This document shows, piece after piece, positions 1 to 10,068 of a stretch of 64,000 nt of DNA. A program made the translations under genes and the position numbers. Origin of the DNA: Bacteroidota bacterium (GTDB lineage Bacteria; Bacteroidota; Bacteroidia; Bacteroidales; FEN-979); assembly GCA_037128705.1 (NCBI GenBank), contig JBAXVX010000001.1:174383-238382 (forward strand). The letters are read 5' to 3'. The notes under the pieces were generated by a model. The model was not told the origin of the DNA, ran no database searches, and saw only the letters and a program-made list of their open reading frames with translations. Numbering within the stretch: position 1 is the first letter of the stretch; every line of letters begins with the position of its first letter.

Positions 1-1801
1 ATTTATTCTCAGGAAACCGTTCCAGAAGGGTTTCGAACGACTGCACTGAATTACCATAGTCCCCCAGACCTTCAACATAGATAAAACCGACCTGGTAATA
101 TGCTTCGATGATCATATCGTTGGAGGCTTTAATTTTTTCTGCTCCAACAGGGATGTCCTTCAGGTAGTAGGCCCTGTCCTTTGGATCTTTGGATTTGGCG
201 AGCAGTTTCATATTCAAGTTGGCCGTGTCGCCTGGTTTTTCAGGTAACGCCTCGGCAGCTTCGACTTCATTGGCGAAGGCCATCACGGTTTTATTGTTCA
301 GAAACCAATTGTCCTCCAACTTACGCTGACCCCATTTCCGCATAAATGTGGAAAAACCATTCGCCATGATGGTCGGGTTGTAAAAATACCATCGTCCCTC
401 CTTTGAACCGGTTCCCTGCTGGTCAACGCCAAGGTTCTGGGTTTCAAAACTCATGTTCTCCATGCGTTGCGCCTCTTCGATTTTTTTCTTCATCTCCGTG
501 ACAATCAGCTTGGCGATGATCTGGTCGATGATCCTGTTCCGCTCATCCACAGTCATGGCCGATAATTTTTGCAGGCTGTCCTGTAAACTGATCACCTGGA
601 GGTTTTTGACAAGATCGGTGAGAGAGCCTGTTCTTTTTGCAAGTTCCTTGAAGGTGGGGTAATCTTTTGGCAGGAACTGCATGGTGCTGTCGTAATAGCA
701 TTGCGCAGCAGGATAATCGCGGGTTACAAAGAAAATGTCAGCAAGGTCAAGCGATGAAATGGCTTTCTGGTAATTGTTTGTCCGGCTTGTGCTCACCGAT
801 TTTTTAAAATGATCGACGGCAATTACCGTATCTGCATCTTTCAGGGCAATATGGGCCAGCGAATAATAAATCTGATCCTGGAAATCCTTGTTTTTTTCAT
901 CCTTCAGCATTTTTGTCAGCTTCTTGATGATATACTCCCTGTTCCCGGATTTGGCATCATAACATTGCGCCAGGTTGATCTTGGCATTGAATTCCATGTC
1001 ATAACTTGATGCATTTTTCACTACATCCGTATACATGATTGACGCTTCGTTCAACTCCCCGCTGCGCTGGTAAATCTGCCCCAGGATGAATCTGCAACGT
1101 GTTCTCACCTCTTTCGACGGCTTAAGTTCGATCGCCCGGTTCAGAAAGGGGATCGCTGCTTCATAATTTTTCTGCAGGATGAAAAACTGACCGTATACAA
1201 GATTTAGTTCAGTCTCGTACTTGTCGGGCGCCTCTCCCTTCCTGATCTTGCTCTGGAGCATGTCGAGCATGGGTTCGGCCCGGTTAAAATCGCCAATCTG
1301 TATGTTCGATTTTGCCTGCCACAGCATCGCCTCATATTTGATGTCGTTGTCGTTGTATGTTTTGATCACAAATTCGAAGGTACGGCGGGCCATCGGGTAA
1401 TCCTGCTTGTAAAAATAGCTCTTGCCGATCAGCATATAGGAATCGTCAATCCACCGGACATTCTCCTTCCTGTTGAAATACATCGAATGCTTGTTGATGG
1501 TTTTGGAAGCTTTTTTGATGGCTATGTCGGCATATTGTGAAAGCTTGGTGGCGTTGCCCCTGTCACCATAGTTGAACACGGGCAACACAACGGCATAGTT
1601 GTCTTTCAGACCAGCCTGGTATTCTTTGAGTCCCTGGCGGATATTATCCATCCCGTTCCAATATACGTTGTAATGCGCAGTGGTGTTGTGGTAAACCCTT
1701 CGTAAATAGGTATTTTTTTTGGTGGAACAGGCGCTAAACAGGAAAAACCCTGACAATATCAGGGCCCAGGCGGCGAGGTAATATGTCTTCGTCGATCTCA
1801 A
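1..1801 (-). CDS. TPR-repeat lipoprotein, PorW/SprE-like (T9SS-associated); N-terminal ~600 codons only, gene continues past the left window edge
   Basis: Not in the ORF track because it runs off the window. My translation of the minus strand from TTG at 1801 is stop-free to base 1: MRSTKTYYLAAWALILSGFFLFSACSTKKNTYLRRVYHNTTAHYNVYWNG... (lipobox FSAC), then many TPR-like helix pairs. Family name recalled from PorW/SprE N-termini, not searched. Confidence 0.55.
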   Translation of the reverse strand, partial: MRSTKTYYLAAWALILSGFFLFSACSTKKNTYLRRVYHNTTAHYNVYWNGMDNIRQGLKEYQAGLKDNYAVVLPVFNYGDRGNATKLSQYADIAIKKASKTINKHSMYFNRKENVRWIDDSYMLIGKSYFYKQDYPMARRTFEFVIKTYNDNDIKYEAMLWQAKSNIQIGDFNRAEPMLDMLQSKIRKGEAPDKYETELNLVYGQFFILQKNYEAAIPFLNRAIELKPSKEVRTRCRFILGQIYQRSGELNEASIMYTDVVKNASSYDMEFNAKINLAQCYDAKSGNREYIIKKLTKMLKDEKNKDFQDQIYYSLAHIALKDADTVIAVDHFKKSVSTSRTNNYQKAISSLDLADIFFVTRDYPAAQCYYDSTMQFLPKDYPTFKELAKRTGSLTDLVKNLQVISLQDSLQKLSAMTVDERNRIIDQIIAKLIVTEMKKKIEEAQRMENMSFETQNLGVDQQGTGSKEGRWYFYNPTIMANGFSTFMRKWGQRKLEDNWFLNNKTVMAFANEVEAAEALPEKPGDTANLNMKLLAKSKDPKDRAYYLKDIPVGAEKIKASNDMIIEAYYQVGFIYVEGLGDYGNSVQSFETLLERFPENK

Positions 1802-1840
1802 TATAAAAAGGATAGTAAAGGAGTATAAACTATAATTTTA

Positions 1841-1848
1841 CAAAATTA
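1841..1848 (-). promoter_or_regulatory. candidate -7 box (TAATTTTG) for PorW-like gene
   Basis: Matches the Bacteroidota TAnnTTTG motif; 39 nt upstream of TTG 1801. Confidence 0.3.
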
Positions 1849-1944
1849 TTTTAAATTTTTGAATTTGCCCGAAATAGGGTGAAGATTTGTCGGATCATAT
1901 AATTTTACGATATTTGTAGCGTTTTGAGGATTGGTGCGAGCGAT

Positions 1945-2835
1945 ATGGTTCAGGAGAGAAGAGATAAAAAAAAAATAAAATGGACTGAAAAATGGCGGAA
2001 TAAATATCGCCTTGTTTTCATGACAGATGATACCCTCGAAGAGCGGTTCACCTTCCGGCTTTCGAGGATGAATGTTTTCATCGCACTGGGAACCCTGACC
2101 ATCATCCTTATTTTCCTGACCAGTATTCTGATTGCCTTCACCCCTTTGCGGGAGTACATTCCCGGTTACACCAGTGTGGGATTGACCAAAAAATTATATA
2201 TCCTTCAGCTGAGGACCGATTCGATTGAGCGCAACCTGGTAAAAAAAGAGCGCTTCATCCAGAATCTGAAAGATGTGATCAATGGCAAGGATCTCACAGA
2301 AAACCAGCCATTGGTCAGGGATACGCTGAAGCAGTACAGCAACATCAAAATCACCAGGTCGCGGGAGGATTCGTTATTAAGGATGGATGTTGAAAGCCAG
2401 ACCAAATATAATCTGTATAAGATGGAGACGAAGGAGTCGGCCATTCAGAAAAAAAGCTCCGTCGGCAGCGTTCTGTTCTTTACCCCGCTGAAGGGGATCA
2501 TCACCAATGAGTTCAATCCTGCGCAAAAACATTACGGGGTCGACATTGTTTCGAAACAAAATGAAGCAGTCAAGTCTGTTCTGGATGGCACCGTGATCTT
2601 CAGTAACTGGACACTTGAGACGGGGTATGTTGTCATCATTCAGCATTCGCAAAACATTATTTCGGTTTACAAGCACAATTCCGTGATCCTGAAAAAGACC
2701 GGAGAGTATGTCAGGGCGGGCGAACCCATTGCCATTGTTGGCGAAACCGGCGAACTGATCACGGGTCCGCATCTTCATTTCGAACTGTGGAATGATGGCA
2801 CCCCGGTCAATCCAAAGGATTATATTACATTTTAA
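1945..2835 (+). CDS. M23/LytM family metallopeptidase with N-terminal membrane anchor
   Basis: ORF track 1924..2835 (TTG); ATG at 1945 preferred. TM helix FIALGTLTIILIFLTSILIAF; C-terminal M23 motifs HYGVDI and GPHLHFELW. Confidence 0.85.
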   Translation: MVQERRDKKKIKWTEKWRNKYRLVFMTDDTLEERFTFRLSRMNVFIALGTLTIILIFLTSILIAFTPLREYIPGYTSVGLTKKLYILQLRTDSIERNLVKKERFIQNLKDVINGKDLTENQPLVRDTLKQYSNIKITRSREDSLLRMDVESQTKYNLYKMETKESAIQKKSSVGSVLFFTPLKGIITNEFNPAQKHYGVDIVSKQNEAVKSVLDGTVIFSNWTLETGYVVIIQHSQNIISVYKHNSVILKKTGEYVRAGEPIAIVGETGELITGPHLHFELWNDGTPVNPKDYITF

Positions 2836-2851
2836 TTTCATTCACTGATCA

Positions 2852-4009
2852 TTGAAAAAAAACATTGCCATTTTAGGATCGACCGGAAGTATCGGGACCC
2901 AGGCTCTTGAGGTGGTACGCAGTCATCCGGACCTTTTTGCTGTAGAGGTATTGACCGCTCAGAACAACTGTGATATGCTCATTCAGCAGGCCCTTGAATT
3001 CCGGCCTAATGCCGTGGTGATCGGGAATGAATCATGTTACAAAAAGGTATCAGAGGCTTTGCAATCTTATCCTGTGAAGGTCTTTGCCGGGGAGGATTCC
3101 ATTTCCCAGATCGTGGAGATGGAGGAGATCGACCTGGTGCTGAGTGCCCTGGTCGGTTATGCCGGATTAAAACCAACACTCAGGGCCATAAATGCCGGCA
3201 AGCATGTTGCACTCGCCAATAAGGAAAGCCTGGTGATTGCCGGGGATCTCGTAATGTCTGAAGCCCGGCGGAAAAATGTCCTTATTTTGCCTGTCGATTC
3301 CGAACATTCGGCCATCTTCCAGTGTCTCGTGGGTGAAATGCCGGGGTCTGTTGAAAAAATATACCTGACTGCTTCCGGTGGACCATTCAGGGGGAAGCAA
3401 CGCGTTCATCTGGAAAACGTAGCAAAGGAGGATGCATTGAAGCATCCGAATTGGAAAATGGGACCTAAAATTACCATCGATTCGGCCTCCATGATGAACA
3501 AGGGACTTGAAGTAATTGAAGCGCGGTGGCTCTTTAACCTTCAGCCCGAGCAGATTGACGTTATCATTCATCCTCAATCGGTCATTCACTCCATCGTTCA
3601 GTTTATCGATGGTTCCATGAAAGCCCAGATGGGACTTCCCGACATGAAACTCCCGATCCTGTATGCCATGACCTTTCCGGCACGCACGAAATCGGAAAAG
3701 CCCCGTTTCAGCTTCACCGATTATTCGAAGTTCACCTTCGAGAAACCTGACCTGGAACTATTCCGGAACTTGTCACTGGCCTATGCCGCGCTCAGGCAGG
3801 GAGGAAATATGCCATGTATCCTGAACGCGGCAAATGAGGTTGCTGTTCAGGCTTTTCTCGATGACCGCATTGGTTTTCTGGCCATGCCGGAGGTAATTTC
3901 ACACTGCATGCAAACGGTTTCTTTTGTAAAAAAACCGCTCTACGATGATTATGTCGCATCACACAAAGAGGCCATCATCAGGGCCAAAGAGTTTATCAAC
4001 CATTTATAA
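2852..4009 (+). CDS. dxr: 1-deoxy-D-xylulose 5-phosphate reductoisomerase
   Basis: 385 aa. NADPH motif ILGSTGSIGTQAL at N-terminus, conserved DSEHSAIFQC and MNKGLEVIEA blocks. TTG start. Confidence 0.95.
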   Translation: MKKNIAILGSTGSIGTQALEVVRSHPDLFAVEVLTAQNNCDMLIQQALEFRPNAVVIGNESCYKKVSEALQSYPVKVFAGEDSISQIVEMEEIDLVLSALVGYAGLKPTLRAINAGKHVALANKESLVIAGDLVMSEARRKNVLILPVDSEHSAIFQCLVGEMPGSVEKIYLTASGGPFRGKQRVHLENVAKEDALKHPNWKMGPKITIDSASMMNKGLEVIEARWLFNLQPEQIDVIIHPQSVIHSIVQFIDGSMKAQMGLPDMKLPILYAMTFPARTKSEKPRFSFTDYSKFTFEKPDLELFRNLSLAYAALRQGGNMPCILNAANEVAVQAFLDDRIGFLAMPEVISHCMQTVSFVKKPLYDDYVASHKEAIIRAKEFINHL

Positions 4010-4037
4010 TGCATTTACTTAAACACGTCAGCATCCC

Positions 4038-5357
4038 ATGGAAATTGTTATAAAAATCGTTCAGTTACTGCTCAGCTTGTCCATTCTTGTCATTTTTCAT
4101 GAGTTTGGTCATTTTATTGCGGCACGGATATTTAAAACGCGCGTTGAGAAATTTTATCTCTTTTTTGATCCGTGGTTTTCATTGTTTAAATTTAAAAAAG
4201 GCGATACGGAATACGGCGTGGGTTGGGTTCCACTGGGAGGTTATGTGAAAATTTCGGGGATGATCGATGAGTCGATGGACAAAGAGCAAATGAAGCTTCC
4301 ACCCCAACCATGGGAGTTTCGTTCCAAACCGGCATGGCAGCGGCTGATCATTATGCTGGGCGGAGTCACAGTCAATATTCTTCTGGCCATTGGCATTTAC
4401 ATTATCATGCTGTCGGTATGGGGGGAACAATATCTGCCGACCAAAGAGGTAAAATACGGAATAACCGTTGATTCCCTGGGTTATCAGATGGGATTGCGCA
4501 ACGGGGACCACATTCTTTCTATTGACAACAGGCTGGTCGAAGATTTTGCCGCTATTCCGAAGACCATCATCCTGGAGGAGGCAAAAACAGTACAGGTGCT
4601 GCGCAACGACCAGAAACTGGACATACCGGTCCCGAAGGATTTCATCAGCAAACTGATCAAGCACAAGTCGGCGGATTTCATTGCCGTCAGGTTCCCTTTT
4701 GAAGCGGGGAAATTTACTGTCGGATCACCGGCCAAAACGGGCGGCATGCAAATCAACGACCGGATCATCGGCTTGAACGACTCCCTGATGGTCTATTTCG
4801 ACCAGTTCAGGGCTTGTATTCAAAAGTATAAAAATCAAAAAGTTAATGTGGTTGTGGTGCGGGCGAAGGATACCCTCCGGTTGCAGGTCCAGGTTCCTGA
4901 AGCCGGCCTCATCGGGGTATATCCCAAAGGACCGGCCAGCTATTTTGCCTTCAGGGAGAAAAGTTATAACCTCATTACAGCCATTCCGGCAGGGGTTGTG
5001 AAAGCATTTGACGGTGCAGGCAATTACATCAAATCCATTAAACTGTTATTTTCCCAGGAAAAAGCATATGAATCGGTGGGCGGATTTATCACCATTGGCA
5101 ACATCTTCCCCTCCACATGGGATTGGTCCGCCTTCTGGTCACTTACCGCATTCCTGTCGATCATGCTGGCCATTCTGAATATCCTTCCAATTCCCGCGCT
5201 CGACGGGGGACATGTGATGTTTCTTTTTTATGAGATCATCTTCCGCAGAAAACCGAGCGATAAATTCATGGAGTATGCCCAGATTGCCGGCATGGTTATT
5301 CTTTTTGGCTTGCTGATATTTGCGAACGGGCAGGATATCATGAAGCTTTTCAGGTAG
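4038..5357 (+). CDS. rseP: RIP site-2 zinc metalloprotease RseP (M50 family)
   Basis: 439 aa. HEFGHF (HExxH) in first TM helix, PDZ-like central region, C-terminal NILPIPALDGGH motif. Confidence 0.9.
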   Translation: MEIVIKIVQLLLSLSILVIFHEFGHFIAARIFKTRVEKFYLFFDPWFSLFKFKKGDTEYGVGWVPLGGYVKISGMIDESMDKEQMKLPPQPWEFRSKPAWQRLIIMLGGVTVNILLAIGIYIIMLSVWGEQYLPTKEVKYGITVDSLGYQMGLRNGDHILSIDNRLVEDFAAIPKTIILEEAKTVQVLRNDQKLDIPVPKDFISKLIKHKSADFIAVRFPFEAGKFTVGSPAKTGGMQINDRIIGLNDSLMVYFDQFRACIQKYKNQKVNVVVVRAKDTLRLQVQVPEAGLIGVYPKGPASYFAFREKSYNLITAIPAGVVKAFDGAGNYIKSIKLLFSQEKAYESVGGFITIGNIFPSTWDWSAFWSLTAFLSIMLAILNILPIPALDGGHVMFLFYEIIFRRKPSDKFMEYAQIAGMVILFGLLIFANGQDIMKLFR

Positions 5358-6246
5358 TTACCTTTTCCTTCAGGGACTTGAATCCCTCGCCCAGTATTTC
5401 TGTGGCATCGGTTACGGTAAGAAAGGCCTTTGGATCGATTTCGTGAATGTATTCCTCGAGCAGGGCCAGTTCCCGCCTGCTTACCACGGTGAATATGATT
5501 CTTTTGTCGGCATTGTTGAACATTCCCTTCCCTTCAATGAAGGTTCCGCCCCGGTCGAGGTTGTTTATGATCTTATCCCGGATCTCCTCACTTTTATCGG
5601 AAATGATGAACAAGCTTTTGTCGTAGCTGACGCCTTCAAGAACCACATCGATCACCTTCCCGGTTATGAAGATAACGATCCATGAATATAACGGAATCTT
5701 CCAGTCCTGAAATACCAGCAGCCCGATCAGCACGATGGCAGAATCCACATAAATCATCAGCATTCCCAGTGGAAGCCTGGTATACTTGGCCAGGATCATG
5801 GCCACAATATCGCTTCCTCCCGAAGTGGCCTTTGATTTGAATATCAGGCCAAGCCCGACCCCGGCGAGCACCCCTCCGAAAATGGATGACAACAGGGCAT
5901 CTCCTTGCACCAGGGGTTCGAAACCCCAGAAAAATGTAAGGGTGTCGTTGAAGAGGGCGGTTAGTGAAAACCCAACCACTGTTTTCATGCCAAACCGCGG
6001 GCCTAAAAACCGGATCCCGATTAAAGTCAGTGGAATATCAAAGCAAAGAGCCACAAGCCCCACCGGAGTGCCGAACAGGTAATGCAGGACGATCGAAATC
6101 CCATATACACCCCCCGGAATAATTTTATAGGGCGTTATGAACAGTACAAAACTGGTTGCCAGTGTAAATGCCCCGATAATTATCAGGCTATAGGAAATGA
6201 ACCATTTGCGGGTAAATGGTTTTTCCTTGATCAGAATGAATGACAT
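5350..6246 (-). CDS. YitT family membrane protein (DUF2179 C-terminal domain)
   Basis: ORF track 5350..6315 (TTG). ATG 6246 preferred because a TATCTTTG -7 box (6279-6286) lies inside the longer ORF. Multi-TM N-part plus soluble C-terminal domain (..DRGGTFIEGKGMF..). Confidence 0.75.
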   Translation of the reverse strand: MSFILIKEKPFTRKWFISYSLIIIGAFTLATSFVLFITPYKIIPGGVYGISIVLHYLFGTPVGLVALCFDIPLTLIGIRFLGPRFGMKTVVGFSLTALFNDTLTFFWGFEPLVQGDALLSSIFGGVLAGVGLGLIFKSKATSGGSDIVAMILAKYTRLPLGMLMIYVDSAIVLIGLLVFQDWKIPLYSWIVIFITGKVIDVVLEGVSYDKSLFIISDKSEEIRDKIINNLDRGGTFIEGKGMFNNADKRIIFTVVSRRELALLEEYIHEIDPKAFLTVTDATEILGEGFKSLKEKVTT

Positions 6247-6278
6247 AGATACAGTGTTATGGATGATTAATAAGAAAG

Positions 6279-6286
6279 CAAAGATA
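6279..6286 (-). promoter_or_regulatory. candidate -7 box (TATCTTTG) for YitT-family gene
   Basis: TAnnTTTG match, 32 nt upstream of ATG 6246. Confidence 0.4.
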
Positions 6287-6420
6287 TTTGATTGGAGAAC
6301 AATGCAAGTTAACAAATTGCGTTTATATGAAACATTTTAGACAAAATACGGTATAAGAAAACGGTTCCCGGACAATTCCGGATCTGCCGTTGATTTGACT
6401 GAGTTTAAATTGGCAGTGCC

Positions 6421-7482
6421 GTGATGCTCGTAATAAAAATTGATGTACTTTTATCCCGTTTTTCCATTGAACCTAACAATCCGTTATTGACGTTGTCTAT
6501 ATCTGAATATCCAACCAAATTCAGGATAAAATTTTTCTTTATCCTGCTTGCTCTGTGTTTTCAGTGTGGTACTTCCATTTTTGCGCAGCAACCCACGCTC
6601 ATTACACATTACATGTTTACCAACATGGCCATTAATCCGGCATTTGCTGGAAACAATGGCGGTATTAGTGCCACCGGGCTCGTTCGTCAGCAATGGATCG
6701 GCTTTAAGGATCCCGATGGATCCCAAACAGCCCCACAGGTATTTCTGCTCACCGTCGATTCCCCGATCAAAGCATTGCACGGAGGAATCGGGGGTTCGCT
6801 TTATCAGGATAAACTGGGCTTTTACAAGAACATCGGTTTAAAGATCGGGTACGCCTATAAGATGGAGGCCGGCAATGGTGATTTGTCATTTGGGCTGCAG
6901 GTGGGTTTCCAAAATGGCACTTTCGATTTTTCCAAGCTGGACCTCGGCCAGGGACCTGGCAATTTATCTGAAGACCCGGTGCTGAGGGATATGTCGGGAA
7001 AGACCAGCGATATGGGTTTCGATATGAGTGCCGGCATCCTGTATAAGGTTCCCGAAAAGTATTACATAGGATTTTCGGCCGACAACCTGTTACAATCCAA
7101 AGCGAAAAAAATTGCCTATCAGTATCGCCGAACCTACTATCTCGGAGGAGGATATGAGTGGATACTGCCAAACAACCCGGCATTTGAACTACAGCCATCT
7201 GCCCTGCTGATGTATGATGGAGCTGTATTCCAATTCAACCTGAGCGCACTGGTATTGTATAACAAAAAATTCTATGGGGGCCTCGGATACCGGCTGCAGG
7301 ATGCAGTTTCGGTGCTGGCTGGCGTAAATATTAAAAATCTTCGTGTTGGGATAGCCTATGATATCAGTACCTCTTCACTCAGTAAATATAATAGTGGGAG
7401 CATTGAAATTATGGTGAGTTACTGCTTCAAAATTGACATCGATAAATTCAGGAAAAGTTACAGAAATACACGTTTCTTGTAA
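6421..7482 (+). CDS. porP: T9SS membrane protein, PorP/SprF family
   Basis: Signal-like FFFILLALCFQCGTSIFAQQ followed by the family-typical THYMFTNMAINPAFAGN block; sits directly upstream of gldKLMN as in por operons. Start uncertain: GTG 6421/ATG 6424 give a long N-extension; in-frame TTG at 6487/6493 are alternatives. Confidence 0.8.
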   Translation: MMLVIKIDVLLSRFSIEPNNPLLTLSISEYPTKFRIKFFFILLALCFQCGTSIFAQQPTLITHYMFTNMAINPAFAGNNGGISATGLVRQQWIGFKDPDGSQTAPQVFLLTVDSPIKALHGGIGGSLYQDKLGFYKNIGLKIGYAYKMEAGNGDLSFGLQVGFQNGTFDFSKLDLGQGPGNLSEDPVLRDMSGKTSDMGFDMSAGILYKVPEKYYIGFSADNLLQSKAKKIAYQYRRTYYLGGGYEWILPNNPAFELQPSALLMYDGAVFQFNLSALVLYNKKFYGGLGYRLQDAVSVLAGVNIKNLRVGIAYDISTSSLSKYNSGSIEIMVSYCFKIDIDKFRKSYRNTRFL

Positions 7483-7492
7483 GATAAAAGTG

Positions 7493-7500
7493 TAAATTTG
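7493..7500 (+). promoter_or_regulatory. candidate -7 box (TAAATTTG) between porP and gldK
   Basis: TAnnTTTG match 10 nt after the porP stop and 84 nt before the gldK ATG. Confidence 0.3.
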
Positions 7501-7584
7501 CCGCTTTGATTTGGGAAAACAGTTGTTCTAGTATAATAAATTTTAATACGTAGCGTTTATTTTCATCCATTAATCGGACTACCA

Positions 7585-8952
7585 ATGAAAAAACTGCTCA
7601 TTTATTCCGCCTTGCTCATTTTCCTTGGAAGCTGCGGTAACTCAGGAAGTGGTGAGCTTACGGGAGTAAAAAACCGAAAGCGATACTATTCTCCGGATCC
7701 GTTTGGTATGGTTTACGTTCCCATGGGTTCATATACCATGGGTGTAAGCGATGAAGATATGCCCTACGCTCAGCTCAACAACCCTAAAACAGTTACTGTT
7801 CAGGCGTTTTACATGGATCAGACTGAAATAACGAACAATGAATACCGTCAGTTTGTTTACTGGGTGAGAGATTCAATTGCCAGAAGGATCCTTGGAGAAA
7901 CCAAACCGGAACTCTATTTTATTTCAGAAAACAAGAAGACTGGTGAACAATTTGACCCACCCTTTCTGAACTGGGAAAGCAAACTTGAATGGAACTCCGA
8001 TCAGCAGGATGTCCGTGATGCCCTCGCTCAATTATATCTTCCTGAAAATGAGCGTTATTTCAGAAGAAAAGAGATTGATACCCGGAAACTCTACTTTGAA
8101 TATTATTTTGTTGATCTGAAGGCTGCATCCCGCAAAGATTACACGGCACAGCCTGATCCTAAGGAGGCTGGTCTCGCCAACCGTCCGCAGGGGCTGAAAG
8201 ACCGCTCGGTATATGTGCGTAAAGAGGTGCTGAACGTATATCCAGATACCCTTTGCTGGATTCATGATTATGCTTACTCATTCAACGATCCGAGTACTGA
8301 AAAATATTTCTGGCATCCTGCCTATGACAACTATCCTGTGGTAGGTGTAAACTGGCGCCAGGCCAACGCCTTCTGTATATGGCGTACCCAGGTAAAGAAC
8401 AGTTTCCTGTTTGGGAAAAAAGGGGAAACCTTTATCAGTGATTTCCGTCTGCCTACCGAAGGTGAATGGGAGTGGGCTGCACGTGGCGGATATGACGGAA
8501 ACCCCTATCCCTGGGGTGGTCCCTATACCAGGAACGATAAAGGATGTTTCCTGGCCAACTTCAAGCCCATGCGCGGCGATTTTATAGCCGACGGGGGCGC
8601 TACGACAGTGATTGTCGCGCACTACCCTGCCAACGATTACGGCCTTTATGATATGGCTGGCAATGTCGCAGAATGGACAGTAACTGCTTTTCATCCCTCG
8701 TCATACAATTTTTCCTGGGATCTGAACCCCGATTATAAATACAATGCCAAGGATGCCGATCCTCCAGCACTGAAGCGTAAAGTCACCCGCGGAGGATCCT
8801 GGAAAGATGTTGCTTATTTCCTTCGCGTTTCAACCCGCTCCTATGAATACCAGGACACAGCTAAATGTTACGTGGGATTCCGTTGTGTGCAGAGTTACCT
8901 TGGCCGTCAACGTGATGATAACCCTGCAAGGGCTTCCAAAGTTTACAGATAG
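7585..8952 (+). CDS. gldK: gliding motility / T9SS lipoprotein GldK (PorK), FGE-sulfatase fold
   Basis: 455 aa. Lipobox LGSCG, PFGMVYVPMGSYTMG, C-terminal RGGSWKD sulfatase-modifying-factor-like motif; operon position before gldL. Confidence 0.92.
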   Translation: MKKLLIYSALLIFLGSCGNSGSGELTGVKNRKRYYSPDPFGMVYVPMGSYTMGVSDEDMPYAQLNNPKTVTVQAFYMDQTEITNNEYRQFVYWVRDSIARRILGETKPELYFISENKKTGEQFDPPFLNWESKLEWNSDQQDVRDALAQLYLPENERYFRRKEIDTRKLYFEYYFVDLKAASRKDYTAQPDPKEAGLANRPQGLKDRSVYVRKEVLNVYPDTLCWIHDYAYSFNDPSTEKYFWHPAYDNYPVVGVNWRQANAFCIWRTQVKNSFLFGKKGETFISDFRLPTEGEWEWAARGGYDGNPYPWGGPYTRNDKGCFLANFKPMRGDFIADGGATTVIVAHYPANDYGLYDMAGNVAEWTVTAFHPSSYNFSWDLNPDYKYNAKDADPPALKRKVTRGGSWKDVAYFLRVSTRSYEYQDTAKCYVGFRCVQSYLGRQRDDNPARASKVYR

Positions 8953-8997
8953 TTCAATAAACTAACCTTCTTCATAAACATTTAATTCTTTCTGACC

Positions 8998-10032
8998 ATG
9001 GCTTTACTCGATTTTGTTAAAACAAAGCATTATAAGAACTTTATGGCCAAGCTCTATGGCTGGGGTGCCGCTGTTGTTATTATCGGTGCGTTGTTTAAAA
9101 TCAATCATTACACCGGTGCTGACACCATGCTCATCATCGGATTGGGGACCGAGTCGCTTATTTTTTTCTTTTCTGCTTTTGAACCGCCCCATGTGGAGCC
9201 TGACTGGAGTTTGGTTTATCCTCAATTGGCCGGAATTTACCACAATGATGATGTTGATCCGACCAAGGCTTTCAATTCAACAGATACCATTACACAGGAA
9301 TTGGATAATATGCTTGAAAAGGCAAAAATTGGTCCTGAACTGATTGCAAGCCTGGGCGCGGGATTAACCAAGCTCTCAGATACCACATCAAAGTTGTCGA
9401 ATATTTCAGATGCTTCGCTAACCAATGACAAGTATATCTCAACAATGAGAACTGCAACTGAGTCGGCAACACAGCTGAACGAGTCATACCGCAAAGTTTC
9501 GCAAACTCTGGAGCAGAACGTGAGCGCATCACAGGAACAGTTGACCCATATCAAATCCACTTCCAAAAGTGCAGCCAGTCTCTCTGTGGTATTCAGCGAA
9601 GTGGGAGAATCACTGAAAGAAGATCTTTCTGCAAACAAGGCATACTCAGCAAGTATTGGAAAAGTGACATCGGCAGCCAATCAGTTTGTTGAAAAATATA
9701 ATGAATCGGCAGCCCTGCTGTCAAAAACTGCTGAAACCCTGAATGCATCCGCAACCGGTGGTGCCAGTTACAATAAAGAACTCCAGCGCGTTTCCAGCAA
9801 CCTGTCGGCACTCAATGCCTTGTATGAGCTTCATCTCCAGGGATCAAGCCAGCAGATGGAAGACACGAAACATCTGAATTCCTTGATGAATAAATTCGCA
9901 GTTAACCTGAATGAATCCTTGACCAATACGGAAAAATTCAAAGTTGAGGTTGACAACCTGACCAAGAACATCGTTGCCCTTAACAAAGTTTATGGGAACA
10001 TGCTTTCGGCCATGAGTGTTGGTGGAAAATAA
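8998..10032 (+). CDS. gldL: gliding motility / T9SS motor protein GldL (PorL)
   Basis: 344 aa. Two N-terminal TM helices (YGWGAAVVIIGALFKINHY.., MLIIGLGTESLIFFFSAFEPP), long polar coiled C-terminal part ending ..LNKVYGNMLSAM. Confidence 0.9.
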   Translation: MALLDFVKTKHYKNFMAKLYGWGAAVVIIGALFKINHYTGADTMLIIGLGTESLIFFFSAFEPPHVEPDWSLVYPQLAGIYHNDDVDPTKAFNSTDTITQELDNMLEKAKIGPELIASLGAGLTKLSDTTSKLSNISDASLTNDKYISTMRTATESATQLNESYRKVSQTLEQNVSASQEQLTHIKSTSKSAASLSVVFSEVGESLKEDLSANKAYSASIGKVTSAANQFVEKYNESAALLSKTAETLNASATGGASYNKELQRVSSNLSALNALYELHLQGSSQQMEDTKHLNSLMNKFAVNLNESLTNTEKFKVEVDNLTKNIVALNKVYGNMLSAMSVGGK

Positions 10033-10068
10033 TCAGGATTAACTTACTTGTTTAAAATATATAACTAG